Source: Octopus bimaculoides
Lineage: Eukaryota
Reading direction: 5' to 3'
Length of the DNA stretch: 64,000 nt
Assembly (NCBI RefSeq): GCF_001194135.2
Contig: NC_068985.1
Location: forward strand, 60,453,769-60,517,768
Part shown: piece by piece, positions 41,005 through 54,469 of the stretch
How the letters are laid out: every line of letters begins with the position of its first letter
Numbering within the stretch: position 1 is the stretch's first letter
Translations under genes and position numbers: made by a program
The notes under the pieces: model-generated
The model's database searches: none
Seen by the model: the letters and a program-made list of their open reading frames with translations, nothing else
Told to the model about the DNA's origin: nothing

Positions 41005-41386
41005 AAAGGTAAGTCGATTACATCGACCACAGTGTTCAACTGGTACTTATTTTATCAATCCTGAAAGGATAAGTCAACCTTGGCAGAATTTGTACTCAGA
41101 ACATAAAGACAGATTAAATGTCACTAAGCATTTTGCCTGGCATGCTAATGATTCTGCCAGCTCACTGCCTTGATATTAATAAGAATAATCTTTTCTGTTA
41201 TAGGCACAAGGCCTGAAATTTGATTACATTGACTCCAGTGTTCAACTGGTACTTATTTTATTGACCCCGAAAGGATAAAAGGCAAAGTCAACCGCTGCAG
41301 AATTTGAACTTAGAACATACAGACAGATGAAATGCCACTAAGCATTTTGCCCGGTGTGCTAACAATTCTGCTGGCTTGCTACCTTG

Positions 41387-41420
<34 letters not shown>
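41005..41420 (-). mobile_element. Two tandem SINE family B copies with (AAT)n tract
   Basis: Same unit as the 17.1-18.1 kb array. Confidence 0.85.
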
Positions 41421-41425
<5 letters not shown>

Positions 41426-41439
41426 GAAGAAGGAAAATA

Positions 41440-41790
41440 GCAATGTTTGATAAGAAGTTTACTTCCCAACTACATGATTCTGGGTTCAGTCCTACTGTGT
41501 GGCATCTACTATAGCCTCAGGCCAACTAAAGCCTTGTAAGTGGATTTTGTGAATGGAAACTAAAAGAAGACTTGTGCATGTGTGTTTGTCCCACACCACC
41601 ACTTGACAAACGGTGTTGGTGTGTTTACACCTCCGTAACTTAGTGGTTCAGCAAAGAGAATGCTAGAATAAGTACCAGACTTTAAAAAAATAAATAAATA
41701 GAGGGATGGATCTGTCTGACTAAAATTCTTCAAGGTTGGTGCCCCAGCATGGCTACAGTCTAATGACAGAAACAAGTAAAAGAAAAATAA
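41440..41790 (+). mobile_element. SINE family A near full length
   Basis: Head, core and caccacttgac..ggtgttggtgtgttta..ccagcatggctacagtc 3' module. Confidence 0.8.
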
Positions 41791-42659
41791 ATATTTATAT
41801 TAAATGAAAGATTAACTCTTGTTTATTGTTTTAACACCCAATTTCCTCCACCGCTGTTTACTGACGCTGATAAATTGAATATTTTGTTGATTTGCTTCGT
41901 AATATATAATGAATTTAATATATTTTGACAGTGTGAAATTTTGTTCAGAACTTATTGATCTTACTGACGTTAAGTATTGAGCACAATGGCAAAGTTTATT
42001 TTTTCGAAATGGTCTGATCAATACCAATCATAATAATATTTCCTGTTTAAGAGTGCTGTGTTATAACTTGAACTTGTGGCCTCTGGGTCAAATGTCAAGA
42101 ACTTAAAACTTCCTACAAAACTTTCTCTTCCTCTCTTTATCGTTATTTCTGCATCTCAGAATGTCAGTTTACGTATCTCCAGTACAGTAACATTATGAAA
42201 TTTACATCTCTTAACAAAGATTTCTAACTTTCTCAACAAATGGTTGAAGGGAATATGTAAAGACATGGAAGGTAAATTATTCAACAATTCCAGAAGCTGC
42301 AGAGACATCTTTTGTGCACTGCTATCATTTATAATTACATTCAAGATTTCAAATGCAAAAAAGACAGAATATATTTGACAGTGATATGTTGTCAATCTTT
42401 TGAAACTTATATAATACTGTAAAATAATATGATACTATAAATATAATATTTACTTACACAATAGTGTAAAATATACTATAAAATACAGTGGTATCTATAT
42501 GTGTAATAGTGTAAAAATTGATTTTAAAAATGGAATTCTTATGAACGCATAATGTCTGGTGAAGGAAAAAATAGGACATTTTAAAATAAATCTATAAATT
42601 TGAAGCCAAAGTCAAAAGAAACCAGAAAATGTTTGCCTTCATTCTTGTTTTTATATTAG

Positions 42660-43005
42660 GTGAAACATGATTATGTAGTTAAGAAGTTTGCTTCCAAACC
42701 ACATGGTTTTTAGGTTGAGTCCCACTACATGACATCCTTGGGAAGTGACTTTTACTAAGCCTTGTCAGTGAATTTGATTGCCAGAAACTAAAAAAAGCCC
42801 ATCATGTGTGTGTTGTGTCCCTGTCATACAAAGTGTCATTCATTTCCAGGCATCGATTAAAGCATGTCCAACCGAGAGGGAATATTACCTTACTGGGAAA
42901 TGAGTGTTAGTGACAAGAAAGGTATGTGGTTATAAAAGTCTGCCTCAGTAAATTCTGTCTGACCCATGCAAGCATGGAAAAGTAGACATTAAAACAGTGA
43001 TGATG
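42660..43005 (+). mobile_element. SINE family A with RTE-type tail ending (GAT)n
   Basis: aagaagtttgcttccaaaccacatgg..gacccatgcaagcatggaaaagtagacattaaa..gatgatgatg. Confidence 0.75.
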
Positions 43006-43805
43006 ATGAATAATTTATCTCCCTTGTTTTCTGTGACTAACACTTTTATGAGCCATTGAAGGGGCCTTATATGGTTGCTTGATCTGCGAAAAATATGTCA
43101 TATTTTCCACAAATCACTTTACCGTTTTATGAAAACATTGATGGAAACATTGGATAATATAGTCTTAGATACACCATGTTTGAAAAATAAAAGACTCCTC
43201 AGTCTTGGCTGGAATATGTTGGATAATAGGTGTAGTAGATCAAGGCTAATTTGGAGCTAAATAATAATCGACTTTTAATAAAATCACCACCCTCTTCTTT
43301 GTCTAAGATTATTTAGTGGTTATTGTTTAGCCCTAATTCATCAAAGATCCAGCAGAGCTGTACTTTTCTCTCAAATACTAACAAGGTTGTTTGACTGTTG
43401 TTGTTTAACCCTAGGTCATCAATGATCCAGTAGGCTTATAGGCAATGTCTCAGCCATTATTGTTGTGTCTTTATCTATTCAGACCCAGGATATCCACAAA
43501 ATTAGTAGCATGTTATTGGATTGAAATTTCGTTGTTATTTCTAGTTGGTCGAATGACAGTATTGAAGCTCTGTCATTGACTCAGAGATGTTTAAGTTATA
43601 AAAAGGAGCAAAGAGAACAGGAAACACAAACAATGAAGTAAAACGAACTACTGCCATTGCCAAACCTTCATGGAATGAACTGTTTGTTGAAATAGGTTGA
43701 ACGGAATTCTATTAGAAATCAAACAACTGCTTACACACTTGTTCACATATGTATGTGCTTGTGTGTAGATGTGTGTGTGAGTATGTGCATATATATGTGT
43801 GTTTA

Positions 43806-43877
<72 letters not shown>

Positions 43878-44994
43878 TGTGTATGTGTATACATGTATAT
43901 GTTTGTCTGTTTTTGTTGCAGTCAGATGTCAAGGTAGTCACTGAAGGACAAACACTATTGTCCTCCTCCACCTTCTTCTTATAATCAACAACAGTAAGCG
44001 TTTACCATTCTGTTTCTTCCTAGTTAGGATAACAAAATTCGTCTGGATATGAAAACAGAAGATAAAATAGAAATAAAGGGTGTTAATTTACTTATCTAAT
44101 GAAGAATAATTAGAAATAACAGAGTTAATCAGTAAAACAAGCTGGATGGAAATAGCAATAATGAATCAATCAATAAAACTGAACATTTAATCACTGTTAT
44201 TGATCTTTCCCTCCATTTCTCTCACAACTGACCCTACCTCTCTCTCCATCCCACCAATGAAATCCTTTACTAATAAATACTTTGTTATACACAAATATTT
44301 TGCAACTACAACCATAATCCTGGCAATGTCTTCCAACAAAACAACACACCTTCTCACTGGATAAATATTTTACATTTAAGTTCAGGTTTTCTAGTTTCAC
44401 TGTAGTGACAATTTTCTTTCTAGATTCCTTTTCACTCAAAATATGACTTCTTTCTCCCAACACTTTCTCTTGAGGAAGACATCTTACTCCCAACATTTAA
44501 TCTTGAGTGAAACACTTTTTTCTTCACACTACTTTGAAGAAAATATCTTTCTCCCAACTCTTTCCTTGAGCATGACATTTCTCTCTTGGCACTTCATCTT
44601 GAGTGAAGTATGTGTTTCTTTAAGAATTTTCTCAAGGTGTCACACTGATATTTCCAATTTCTGCCAATGTTATAACCCAAACAGCCTTTAAACAGAACAC
44701 CACCACCAACAGGTATCCTCTATGGTGTCACATGATCTTCTAGAAATAACACCCAAATCTCCCTGAATTCATATTATAATCAAAACAGATGGATACATAC
44801 TTCTAGATACAACTGGAAAAACACAGAATAGTAGTCATGGATAGAATGCCTTTCATCAGTTGGGATTAAGCAACCATAAAATTCCCTTTTTAGATTCAGC
44901 TTAAAAATTCTTTTGCCAATCAACAATTTTATGCCACTTTTTGGATTTTGTTTTACTATCCAGATTGAGATTGTAATAATAATCTTTTATCTTT

Positions 44995-45360
44995 TACTTG
45001 TTTCAGTCATTAGACTGTGGCCATGCTGGAGCACTGCCTTGAAGAATTTTTAGTCAGATGGATCAACCCCAGTACTTATATTTTTCTTTTCCTTTTTACC
45101 TGTTACTCATTCTATCAGTCTCCTTGCTGAACTGCTAAGTTATGGGGAAATAAACACAACAACAATTGGATGTCAAACAGTGGTGGGAGACAAACACTGA
45201 CACACACACACACACACACACAATGGAATTTTTTCAGTTTCTATCTACCAAATCTACTCACAAGGCTTTGGTCAGCTTGAAGCTATAGTAAAAGACACTT
45301 ACCCAAGATGCCATGCAGTGGGACTGAACTTGGAACCAAGTAGATGGGGAGCAAGCTTAT
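44995..45360 (-). mobile_element. SINE family A
   Basis: Reverse complement of head and 3' module. Confidence 0.8.
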
Positions 45361-45519
45361 ACAGGGCTCCAGTGTGCTACAACTCATCAGAAAAGTTTAA
45401 AAAAAAGAGGGGGCAGAAAGTAAATATATATAAGTCAAGTAAATAAATATAGCAGTGAATGTTATAAGTATGTTCAGTACACAGAATAAAACATAAAAAT
45501 AGACAGAAATGAAAAGTGA

Positions 45520-45720
45520 GTTATAAAAAGGAAATGGTTTATAAGCGCATCAGGAGCAGTGCTGATGAATTCCATGAAGCACGGAATTTTTGGAGGGTGC
45601 AGTCTCCTGACAGCTAACAACTGACATGGGTAGTTTATTCCATGCTTCAACAATTTTGAGCAGGTGAAAAATGTTTTCAAATGTCAAGGCTGGTATGTTG
45701 TATATTTGATTCTAAAAGCT
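45520..45720 (-). mobile_element. CR1-like LINE 3' relic
   Basis: Minus translation IVEAWNKLPMSVV resembles the CR1 C-terminal WNxLP motif. Confidence 0.5.
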
Positions 45721-45954
45721 TGTCCACAAATAATAGAAATATAGAATTGAAAAAGATGGTCAAAGATAAATGTGTCAAATGTGTAAAGCTAGAATAGATA
45801 CCCAGAACAATCTTCAGGCCTGCACACATAAACCTGTTGTGAAAATTCTATTTAAATTAGTTTTGGTAAACATTGTTTCTCTCATTTATCCATATGAATA
45901 CTGTGCCATACTCTCAATACCTGAAGTCTGTCTGTCTCTCCCCAATTTGCTATT

Positions 45955-46026
45955 TTGCTTATATGAACCCTCAAAAATCTTATATGTACCCCAAGAGGTC
46001 ATATGAACCCCTGTTGAGAACCACTG
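45955..46026. mobile_element. Solo hAT (Charlie-like) terminus
   Basis: Ends in gaacccctgttgagaaccactg, the reverse complement of a CAGTGGTTCTCAA-type TIR; partner end not found. Confidence 0.5.
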
Positions 46027-47499
46027 GTTTAAATGATGAAAATTATCCGTTTTAGTATATACTTAGTCTATAGGTCTCTTTTTGCCAGACCACTAAATTA
46101 TGGAAACATAAACAAATCAACACTGGTTGACAAGTGAGATTTGCTCTAGACACACACACACACAAAGTATAAATCACCTTGAATGCAATGCAGTGAGATT
46201 GAACCTAAAACCATGTAGTTTCAAAGTGACATTCTTAACTACACAGCCATACCTGCATCTCTGAATGTTGAAAAATTAAATTATTTTGTTCGCTTTTCCT
46301 AATTACTCCTGTTAAGCCCTAGTACTTATCTTAAAGTCTGATATTCATTATTGAATTACTGTCTTTTCCTAATTAAATCAGCAATTATTAATTAGACCTT
46401 AAATTCTATACCACCAAATGCATAGAGATAATTTTATGCTGCTTGAGAAAAATGTTTGGCTTAATTAATTTGTGATTATTAAGCAAATTTTATTTCCTTC
46501 TTTCTATACTTTTTAACCCTTTTGATTCCAACCTGCATGTGGCTGCCTTTGGTTCTGGGATACATACTTCATGTTTAAAGTGATATTAATTAAAACCTTT
46601 CATCAAAATTTCATGTTAATTTATGTTCTAAACACCAACTTATTAAATGACAGTTATTTAACTAAATGTTTTGTAATTTTTTAAATTATTGAAATAAAAG
46701 CAGCTTATTTCAACAGAAATATGGTAATAAAATGAGTTGACGTTTTTTGATACAAACCAACATGTGACAGCCATAGTCCTTTGATTACAAATTTCATGTT
46801 TAAAGTGATCTGAATTCTGAACTTTCATCAAAATATGTTAATCCAAGTTCCAAACATCAGCTGACGTTATTTTCCTAAATTCTTCATTATTTTCAAATAT
46901 TAATTGAAACCAAATCTATGTATTTTGATAGAAATAAGGTAATAAAAGAGTTAAGTGTAGATTGTCTTCCATAGCTCTGAATACCAAATTAGGGGGTCAG
47001 GGTTGACAGAATTGCAAGGGTGTAATGCAAAATGCTTGTTTTTTATCTTTCTTCTTCATGTTCTGAATTCAAATTCCACTGAAGTTAACTATGCTTTTCA
47101 TCCTTTTGGGATCATCAAAAATAATTCCAGTCAAGTATTGGAGTTTTTGATTTAATCAATTGCCAGTCTATATTGACATACAACGAGCTAGCATGATAAA
47201 TTCAGATCATCATCATAATGTCCAATTTCCATGCTTACATTGGTCAGATGGGACTCATAGATACATATATTCCATAGCTGGATGCTTTTCCTGTCAACTG
47301 TCACCAGTTTCCAATCAAAGTAATATTTACCCTAATCTGGATAGATTGCAAGTAAACAGCATGTCCTATATGATGGCGATGTTTTGTTTACAACCAGTGT
47401 GTAGTTTCAAGACAGACAGAAAAAAAACACATACACACACATGTACACATATCTGGATACAAAAGTATGTATATTGTATGTGTGTGCGTACAGACACAC

Positions 47500-47712
47500 A
47501 CACATGTACACATACCTGCATATGTAAGTATGTAATGTATATTGTATGTATGTGTGTGTGTGGACACACACACACCTATCTGCCTGCCTGCCTACCAATT
47601 TACCTTGCCATCATCCATCTATTTATCTACCTAGTAGAGTTCTTTTTTAGTTTCTGCCTATCAAATTCACTCCTAAAGCTTTGGTCAGCCCTTGGCTATA
47701 GTAGAGCTCCAG
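47500..47712. repeat. Left arm of local inverted duplication (partner 52297-52490)
   Basis: Near-identical reverse complement including non-SINE flank; also visible as the matching peptides YLAIIHLFIYLVEFFFSFCLSNSLLKLWSA in ORFs 47160+ and 52274-. Confidence 0.9.
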
Positions 47713-49030
47713 TTCCTGCCCTATAGTGGAGCTCCAATGACAGGTGAGGCAACAGAACACCCATTAGAGTATCCTGCTGTTGCATCACTATAATATGTAG
47801 CTCTCTATACTACAGCCAATGCACACACACACACACACGTATACACATCCTATCATTCACACACACATATATTCTCTCTCTAAAAGGAGATGCCGTTACT
47901 AGAGATAACACCAAAGATAAAGAAGAGCTTTCAATACAATATTAAAACGGAAAGTTGAACCCAAATCACGATTTTCCATTTGACACAATGTAATCAATAA
48001 ACATTTTATAAATTTCACAGAAAAATTCTTTTTAATAAACATTGTATTGGTAAATAAATATCCATTTTTGAAAATATCTCAGAAATATATAAAAAGATGA
48101 AATGAATTTTTTTGTTTGTTTTTTTTTTTCTGTTCTGTCTGATACAGAATAAATTTACATTTTATTTTCAATGTTTTACTTCTTTTGTAGTTTCACTTAA
48201 AAGAGAGAGAAATAAAATATAATTATAAAAATAATTAAACTATTCACTTGCTGTCAACAAATATATATAATCTGTGAAGAAAGAATTTCATTTCTAGTTC
48301 GAAGAAACACACATAAATCTATATAAAATGGTATTTTGGTTATTTTATTTCTTTGTGGCAGTTTAAATTGGGGAAAATTTATGAAGCATAAGACATAGCA
48401 TCAAGCATGACAACAGCAATGGTTTTGTAATTTCAGAACACACACACACATGCACAGATGTATACCCATGTACATATAGACACATACAGATACACATAGG
48501 CACAGGCACACCAGTACATGCATAGGCCTGCACAAGCATGCAAGTATGCAGACATATACAATGATACACAAACACACACACACACACAAACACACACATA
48601 CACACTCTCCAGCTACATTTTTGTAATTTCAAGATACATTTTGTTTTCAAACTCTAGCTTGCACAAGAATTCAGTGACTTAACTAATATCCTCTGCAATG
48701 CAATAACTAAGTGCAGCAATGCAACAGATAAGTGCAAATGTCAAAATTGGTTTGTTACATAACTTGTCAACATAGTGTCTCTGTCTGTCTGTCTCCCCAC
48801 CACTCTATTATATATATATATATATATATATATATCTATCTTCGAAACGTCGAGTTAGAATAGAGGCAGCTGATGAATAATTCCAAGTGGCTTTCTGTTT
48901 TCCTATGTGTTCGTTACGTTGTCTGTAGTTCATTGTTCTAACGTCCTGTACCCTGATATGCATCTATATACACATGTAGATGAAAGTATATACATATATG
49001 TGTGTATACATGCATATATATTTTTTGTAT

Positions 49031-49072
<42 letters not shown>

Positions 49073-49929
49073 GTTTCTGTTTAGACAGACATCATATTTT
49101 CAGTTGATTCCCTCTGGAATTACTCTTAATTCATTGTGTTTGTGCTAGTATACACATAATCAACATGATCATTATCTTTTAATGTCAGGCTTCTATGTTG
49201 ACATTAGTTTGACAGGACCTAACATTGTCAATGTCTGCTTTGGCATGGTTTTGACTGCTGGATACTATTTTTAATGTCACACACCTTACAGAGTATTCTG
49301 AATGCTTTTTTTTTTTCATGGCACCAGCACCAGTGAGGTTGCTATGCAGCCTGCAGGACTTAGTTCCTCTTCATTTGAATGGTGCTACAATAGAGCAGGA
49401 CACTGCTTTATCTACAAAAGGAGCTATATGATTACTCACATTATAGAAGAAGAGGTATGAGTAACTAGGATGGAGCTGGAAAGAGTTAAAATAGTGGTTA
49501 TGAGGTGTCAGGGTTAACCCTTAAGATACAAGGTGAGAAGTGGAGGGAAGAGAACATAATTATTTTCATTTAGTTTTTAGTACTGCCTATGTCGTGTGTG
49601 TGTATGTGTTATTGTCCCTTGTCATGCAAGTGGTGTCTGTAAAAAGCCCATTGTGTGTGTGTGTGTGTGTGTATTTATGTATGAGTATGTATTTTTGTAT
49701 CTCCTTGTCTTGACTTCACATAATACTCAGTGTTTCTATTTTATAGCTAGTTTCATTCATTTTCAATATTCTGTGAGAACATGTGTAGCCTTGGAGGAAA
49801 TATCTTACTTAGAAACAGGTAAGGGCTGGTTTCAGGAAGGGCATCCAGTTATAGAAAACCTGCCCCAAGAAATTCAGAATCATGTAAGCATGGAAAAGTA
49901 GATTTTAAAATGATGATATATATATATAT

Positions 49930-50653
49930 NNNNNNNNNNNNNNNNNNNNNNNNNNNNNNNNNNNNNNNNNNNNNNNNNNNNNNNNNNNNNNNNNNNNNNN
50001 NNNNNNNNNNNNNNNNNNNNNNNNNNNNNNNNNNNNNNNNNNNNNNNNNNNNNNNNNNNNNNNNNNNNNNNNNNNNNNNNNNNNNNNNNNNNNNNNNNNN
50101 NNNNNNNNNNNNNNNNNNNNNNNNNNNNNNNNNNNNNNNNNNNNNNNNNNNNNNNNNNNNNNNNNNNNNNNNNNNNNNNNNNNNNNNNNNNNNNNNNNNN
50201 NNNNNNNNNNNNNNNNNNNNNNNNNNNNNNNNNNNNNNNNNNNNNNNNNNNNNNNNNNNNNNNNNNNNNNNNNNNNNNNNNNNNNNNNNNNNNNNNNNNN
50301 NNNNNNNNNNNNNNNNNNNNNNNNNNNNNNNNNNNNNNNNNNNNNNNNNNNNNNNNNNNNNNNNNNNNNNNNNNNNNNNNNNNNNNNNNNNNNNNNNNNN
50401 NNNNNNNNNNNNNNNNNNNNNNNNNNNNNNNNNNNNNNNNNNNNNNNNNNNNNNNNNNNNNNNNNNNNNNNNNNNNNNNNNNNNNNNNNNNNNNNNNNNN
50501 NNNNNNNNNNNNNNNNNNNNNNNNNNNNNNNNNNNNNNNNNNNNNNNNNNNNNNNNNNNNNNNNNNNNNNNNNNNNNNNNNNNNNNNNNNNNNNNNNNNN
50601 NNNNNNNNNNNNNNNNNNNNNNNNNNNNNNNNNNNNNNNNNNNNNNNNNNNNN
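49930..50653. other. Assembly gap
   Basis: N run within (TA)n. Confidence 1.
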
Positions 50654-50686
<33 letters not shown>

Positions 50687-50707
50687 ATATATATATATAT
50701 ATATGTG

Positions 50708-50749
<42 letters not shown>

Positions 50750-52296
50750 TACACACACACTCACACACAGATGTGAGTATGCAATGCTTACCAAATCATC
50801 AAACAGCCCAGCTGAATTAATTGCTGTATAACAATACTCTACAGTTACCACTTGTCTCTGATATTTACCGTCAGGTAATTACATATGAAATAAATGAAGA
50901 TAAAAGATTGACAATGTGAATGTTCTCTCATAATTCTGATATCTGATAAAATTTCCTTTTATTTCCCTTCCACTTCAAACTATTTAGATTCCAAAGAAAT
51001 GGTTTATTGTCTGCTGGAGATTGATAATGATAACTCCTTGCTTCATTGGCGTTTAGAACATTGTACAATGAGACTTCTACCTACTTAAATGGCCATTCTT
51101 CTATCATAATGTTATTTATTGAACTTAATCAAATTCCTGAATGGAGAAATTGGTTTTAAATTCACTTCTGTTCCAAATGTTCACTAGAACTTACATTATA
51201 ACAAAATTTTCACAAGACTTCTTCTGTGGAATCATATTTTAAGAAACAGGCTATAAAAACCGGGAAGATGGCAGCAAAGACAGTTAGAATTTCTCTTGGA
51301 GTAAAGCCTGTTGAAAATAATGATGTATTTATTAAGAGGATTCTACCACCTTCTTCTCATCCCTCATCATAAATCTTCAAGAAAGCCAGCCAGTGAAGGA
51401 ACCTGTTTGTGATTATTCAATCTGCTAGAAACAGCAGCAAATCTTCCTGCTATCTTTAAAGAAAAAAAAAAAAGAAATGCATTAGATGTAGTCCTGGATA
51501 TGTTCTGCATGAAAATATGATAGTCATGGCTAGAATGACTTTGATATTCCACAGGTTTGTGGCCTAGGGCCAAACTCACGTACAACTACACACTACCACA
51601 CATACACCTTGACATACATACACATACATACTGACATATGCACACATACACATGCATACATATGTGCAGTGTTAGACAATTTCTTAGATACATTCATTCT
51701 TATAAAACTAAGTTATTCTTCACCTATCATCGATTCCATGTTTATTCCTGTGTCATGACCTTTGGAAATACCACCAAAAGTTCTAAGTGCTACTGCAGTT
51801 TTTCCATGTTCTGTTAACCTTAAGTCTGCAGAAATTTACTATCAAAGTAAACAGTTTCAAGTATTGGTAATCAAAAAAAAGAGTTAAATGTGAGAGATTG
51901 CAAAATGAAGAGAAATTAAATATCTGAAAATAATATTATAGGATCTTAAGATTACAATTGTTCAGGTTATGAATTTCATCTTCAGAGATAAATGGTGGAT
52001 GGTGTCAGATGACAGTAGTTTGTGGCATTTGTTCCTGCTCATTATGTTGTAAGTTCAAATCCTGCAAACTTATCCTTTCATTTTTCTAGAATCAATAAAA
52101 TAAGGTACCTATTATTTTAGAATAACTGTGATTTTGTAATGGATGCTAGCTACATATTCATTGAGCAAAGATGTAAATGGTTAGAGTTTTCCTTCAGATC
52201 CATCACAGACAATTTGAATCTGTCATAGATATCTAGACAGAGCTCTTAATTCTCTCATCATAAATGTTGTTGTTTAGTTCCCACTTAGCTGTATGA

Positions 52297-52490
52297 CTGG
52301 GGTTCTACTATAGCCATGGGCTGACCAAAGCTTTAGGAGTGAATTTGATAGGCAGAAACTAAAAAAGAACTCTACTAGGTAGATAAATAGATGGATGATG
52401 GCTAGGTAAGTCAGTAGGTAGGCAGGCTGATAGGTGTGTGTCCACACACACACATACATACAATATACATATGCACATATGTGTACATGT
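52297..52490. repeat. Right arm of local inverted duplication (partner 47500-47712)
   Basis: See left arm. Confidence 0.9.
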
Positions 52491-52654
52491 GTGTATGTGG
52501 CTATACACACATATAAAATCAATTAAATCTTTGATCGACAACCTCCTAGCTATGGTCATTTCATATGAAAAGCTTAGTGAGTGGATTTGATAGGCAACAA
52601 GAACCCCATCCTGTCTGTGTGTTTATCTATCTATACACACAAACATACACACAG

Positions 52655-53120
52655 GCGCAGGCATGGCTGTGTGGTAAGAAGCTTGCTTCCGGGTTCAGTC
52701 CCAGAGCACCTTGGCACTTTGGGCAAGTGTTTTCTACTACAGCCTCAGGCTGACCAAAGCCTTGTGAATGGATTTGGTAGAGATCAATAGAATAAGTAGC
52801 AGGCGTAAAAAAAGGAAAAAACAAGTATTGGGGTTCATTCATTTGACTAAAAATTCTCCAGGGTGGTACTCCAAAATAGCTGCAGTCTAATGACCGAAAG
52901 AAGCCAAAGTTAGATGTGTGTGTTTGTGTTTCCTTGCCTTGACGTGTGTGATAGTTGTAAATTAGTGCAATGTCATTCATTTCCAATATTCTGAGAACAT
53001 GTCTGGTCATGGGGAAATGTTAACTTGCTTGGAAACAGGTGAGGGTTGGCCACAGGAAGGACAGCCAGCCTTAGAGAATCTGCCTCAAGTATGGAAAAGT
53101 GGATGTTAAAATGATGATAT
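52655..53120 (+). mobile_element. SINE family A, composite near full length
   Basis: gcatggctgtgtggtaagaagcttgcttcc head through the RTE-type tail ..ggaaaagtggatgttaaaatgatgat. Confidence 0.8.
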
Positions 53121-53467
53121 ATACACATGCACGTGTGCATGCACACACAAACACACACACACACACACACACACGCACATCATTAAATGTGTTTTTGCAT
53201 AATTAAGACTCCATCATAAACTCAGTTATGTTCGTAGTTGTTTAGTCCCAAGTCAGCCCTGATTGAACACATGATCAAAGATAGTCCAGCCATGACCATT
53301 TCATTTTTTATTCAGACATTGTGTATATTAAGGACTTCCTGATCTAGAGTGCTCTTTTTACAAAGATTGTAGGGTGTGATTTGAAGACGGCTTTGTTGCT
53401 ATTTCTAGTAGCTTAGTTGACCACGTTGAGACTTCACTGTTCTTATTATTGTGGTTTAGCCCCAGGC

Positions 53468-53995
53468 TGCAAATTTTTTTTCACACAAGAGTTCCGGACC
53501 CCAGTAATGAACTCAAGGGCTCACTTTGACCTTATTGTCAAGTTAACAAACTCACTCTACCAAGTAACTTTAAGACAAAGAATGGTGTTGTAAGTTGACC
53601 GATTGCCAAATTATGCCTGATTTTAGGAGATAAGTAATTAGATAGATTTGCATCTATACCTATTATTGGATTTTGTTAGGGCCCCATATGGTAAAGATGT
53701 AAATGGGAAGAGTTTGGGTAGAGGATGATGTGCTAGCAATCCTCTCTCCTTACTGCTTTATAAAGTAAACAATAACACAAATAACTACGCAGAGGCAGCT
53801 ATAATTGAAACAAGAATAACAAGTATTCTTAAAAGAGAAAAGAAGCGTGGTCATTCCTCACCCAAGTGACCTTATCTTATTGCTTATCACTTGTTATGCG
53901 CTCATAAATTAGTTTGAGAGTTGAGCTCTGATTGGTTGTATGCAAATGAGTTCTTAACTGGGGTCTGGAACTCTTGTGGGAAAAAAAATTTCGCT
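53468..53995. mobile_element. MITE with ~45-bp TIRs and 7-bp TSD
   Basis: aaattttttttc(a/c)cacaagagttcc(g/a)gaccccagt..gaactc inverted at both ends; direct repeat cccaggc at 53461-53467 and 53996-54002. Confidence 0.75.
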
Positions 53996-54421
53996 CCCAG
54001 GCCAACCCTTATTGTGCCGACAGACCTGTGACCAGAAGTATTTCAGTTGTGGTCATCCCACTTTTGGGGCTGCATTATCTGACATCACCTTTTTTCAAAT
54101 TAGTGGGGTGTTATTTGAGGGAGATTTGGTTGTTGTTTCTAAAAGATCTTAGAACTAATTACATACAGGTTACCCCCAAGCTGTCATAAACATGTACCAA
54201 ATCTTCTGTGTATATTAAAATGTGATAAAATAGTTCCTAAACTTTGATGCTTGAACTAAAAGTAGTGCCAGAGAGATAACAGCCATTATTGTAGTCTCTA
54301 GGGAGAATTTACTTCTTAAACAGAATTTAAACTATAGAATGTGGATCTCACACAATCTTTTATAAAACTATTTCCTGCTCCCAATGCCTTGATTTTATTT
54401 TTTTCTTGATATTCCCAGTAG

Positions 54422-54469
54422 GTACAAGCATTACTCATCCTGTTTCATCTCCTACATTCCATTATAATG
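54422..54469 (+). CDS. Candidate 48/51-nt phase 1-1 exon (xTSITHPVSSPTFHYN) with NAGNAG acceptor
   Basis: ttttattttttttcttgatattccCAGTAG acceptor, G|GTAGGA donor, phase-compatible with exon 40340-40477. Confidence 0.25.

Noticed and set aside
43922-43993. Exon with good acceptor and GTAAGC donor
   Set aside because: Stop codons in all frames from the first AG; cannot extend the plus-strand chain
48835-48900. Permuted hammerhead (GAAAC-GUC followed by CUGAUGA)
   Set aside because: Helix I does not pair (gagtt versus ggcag) and no GAAA follows the CUGAUGA; likely a truncated repeat remnant
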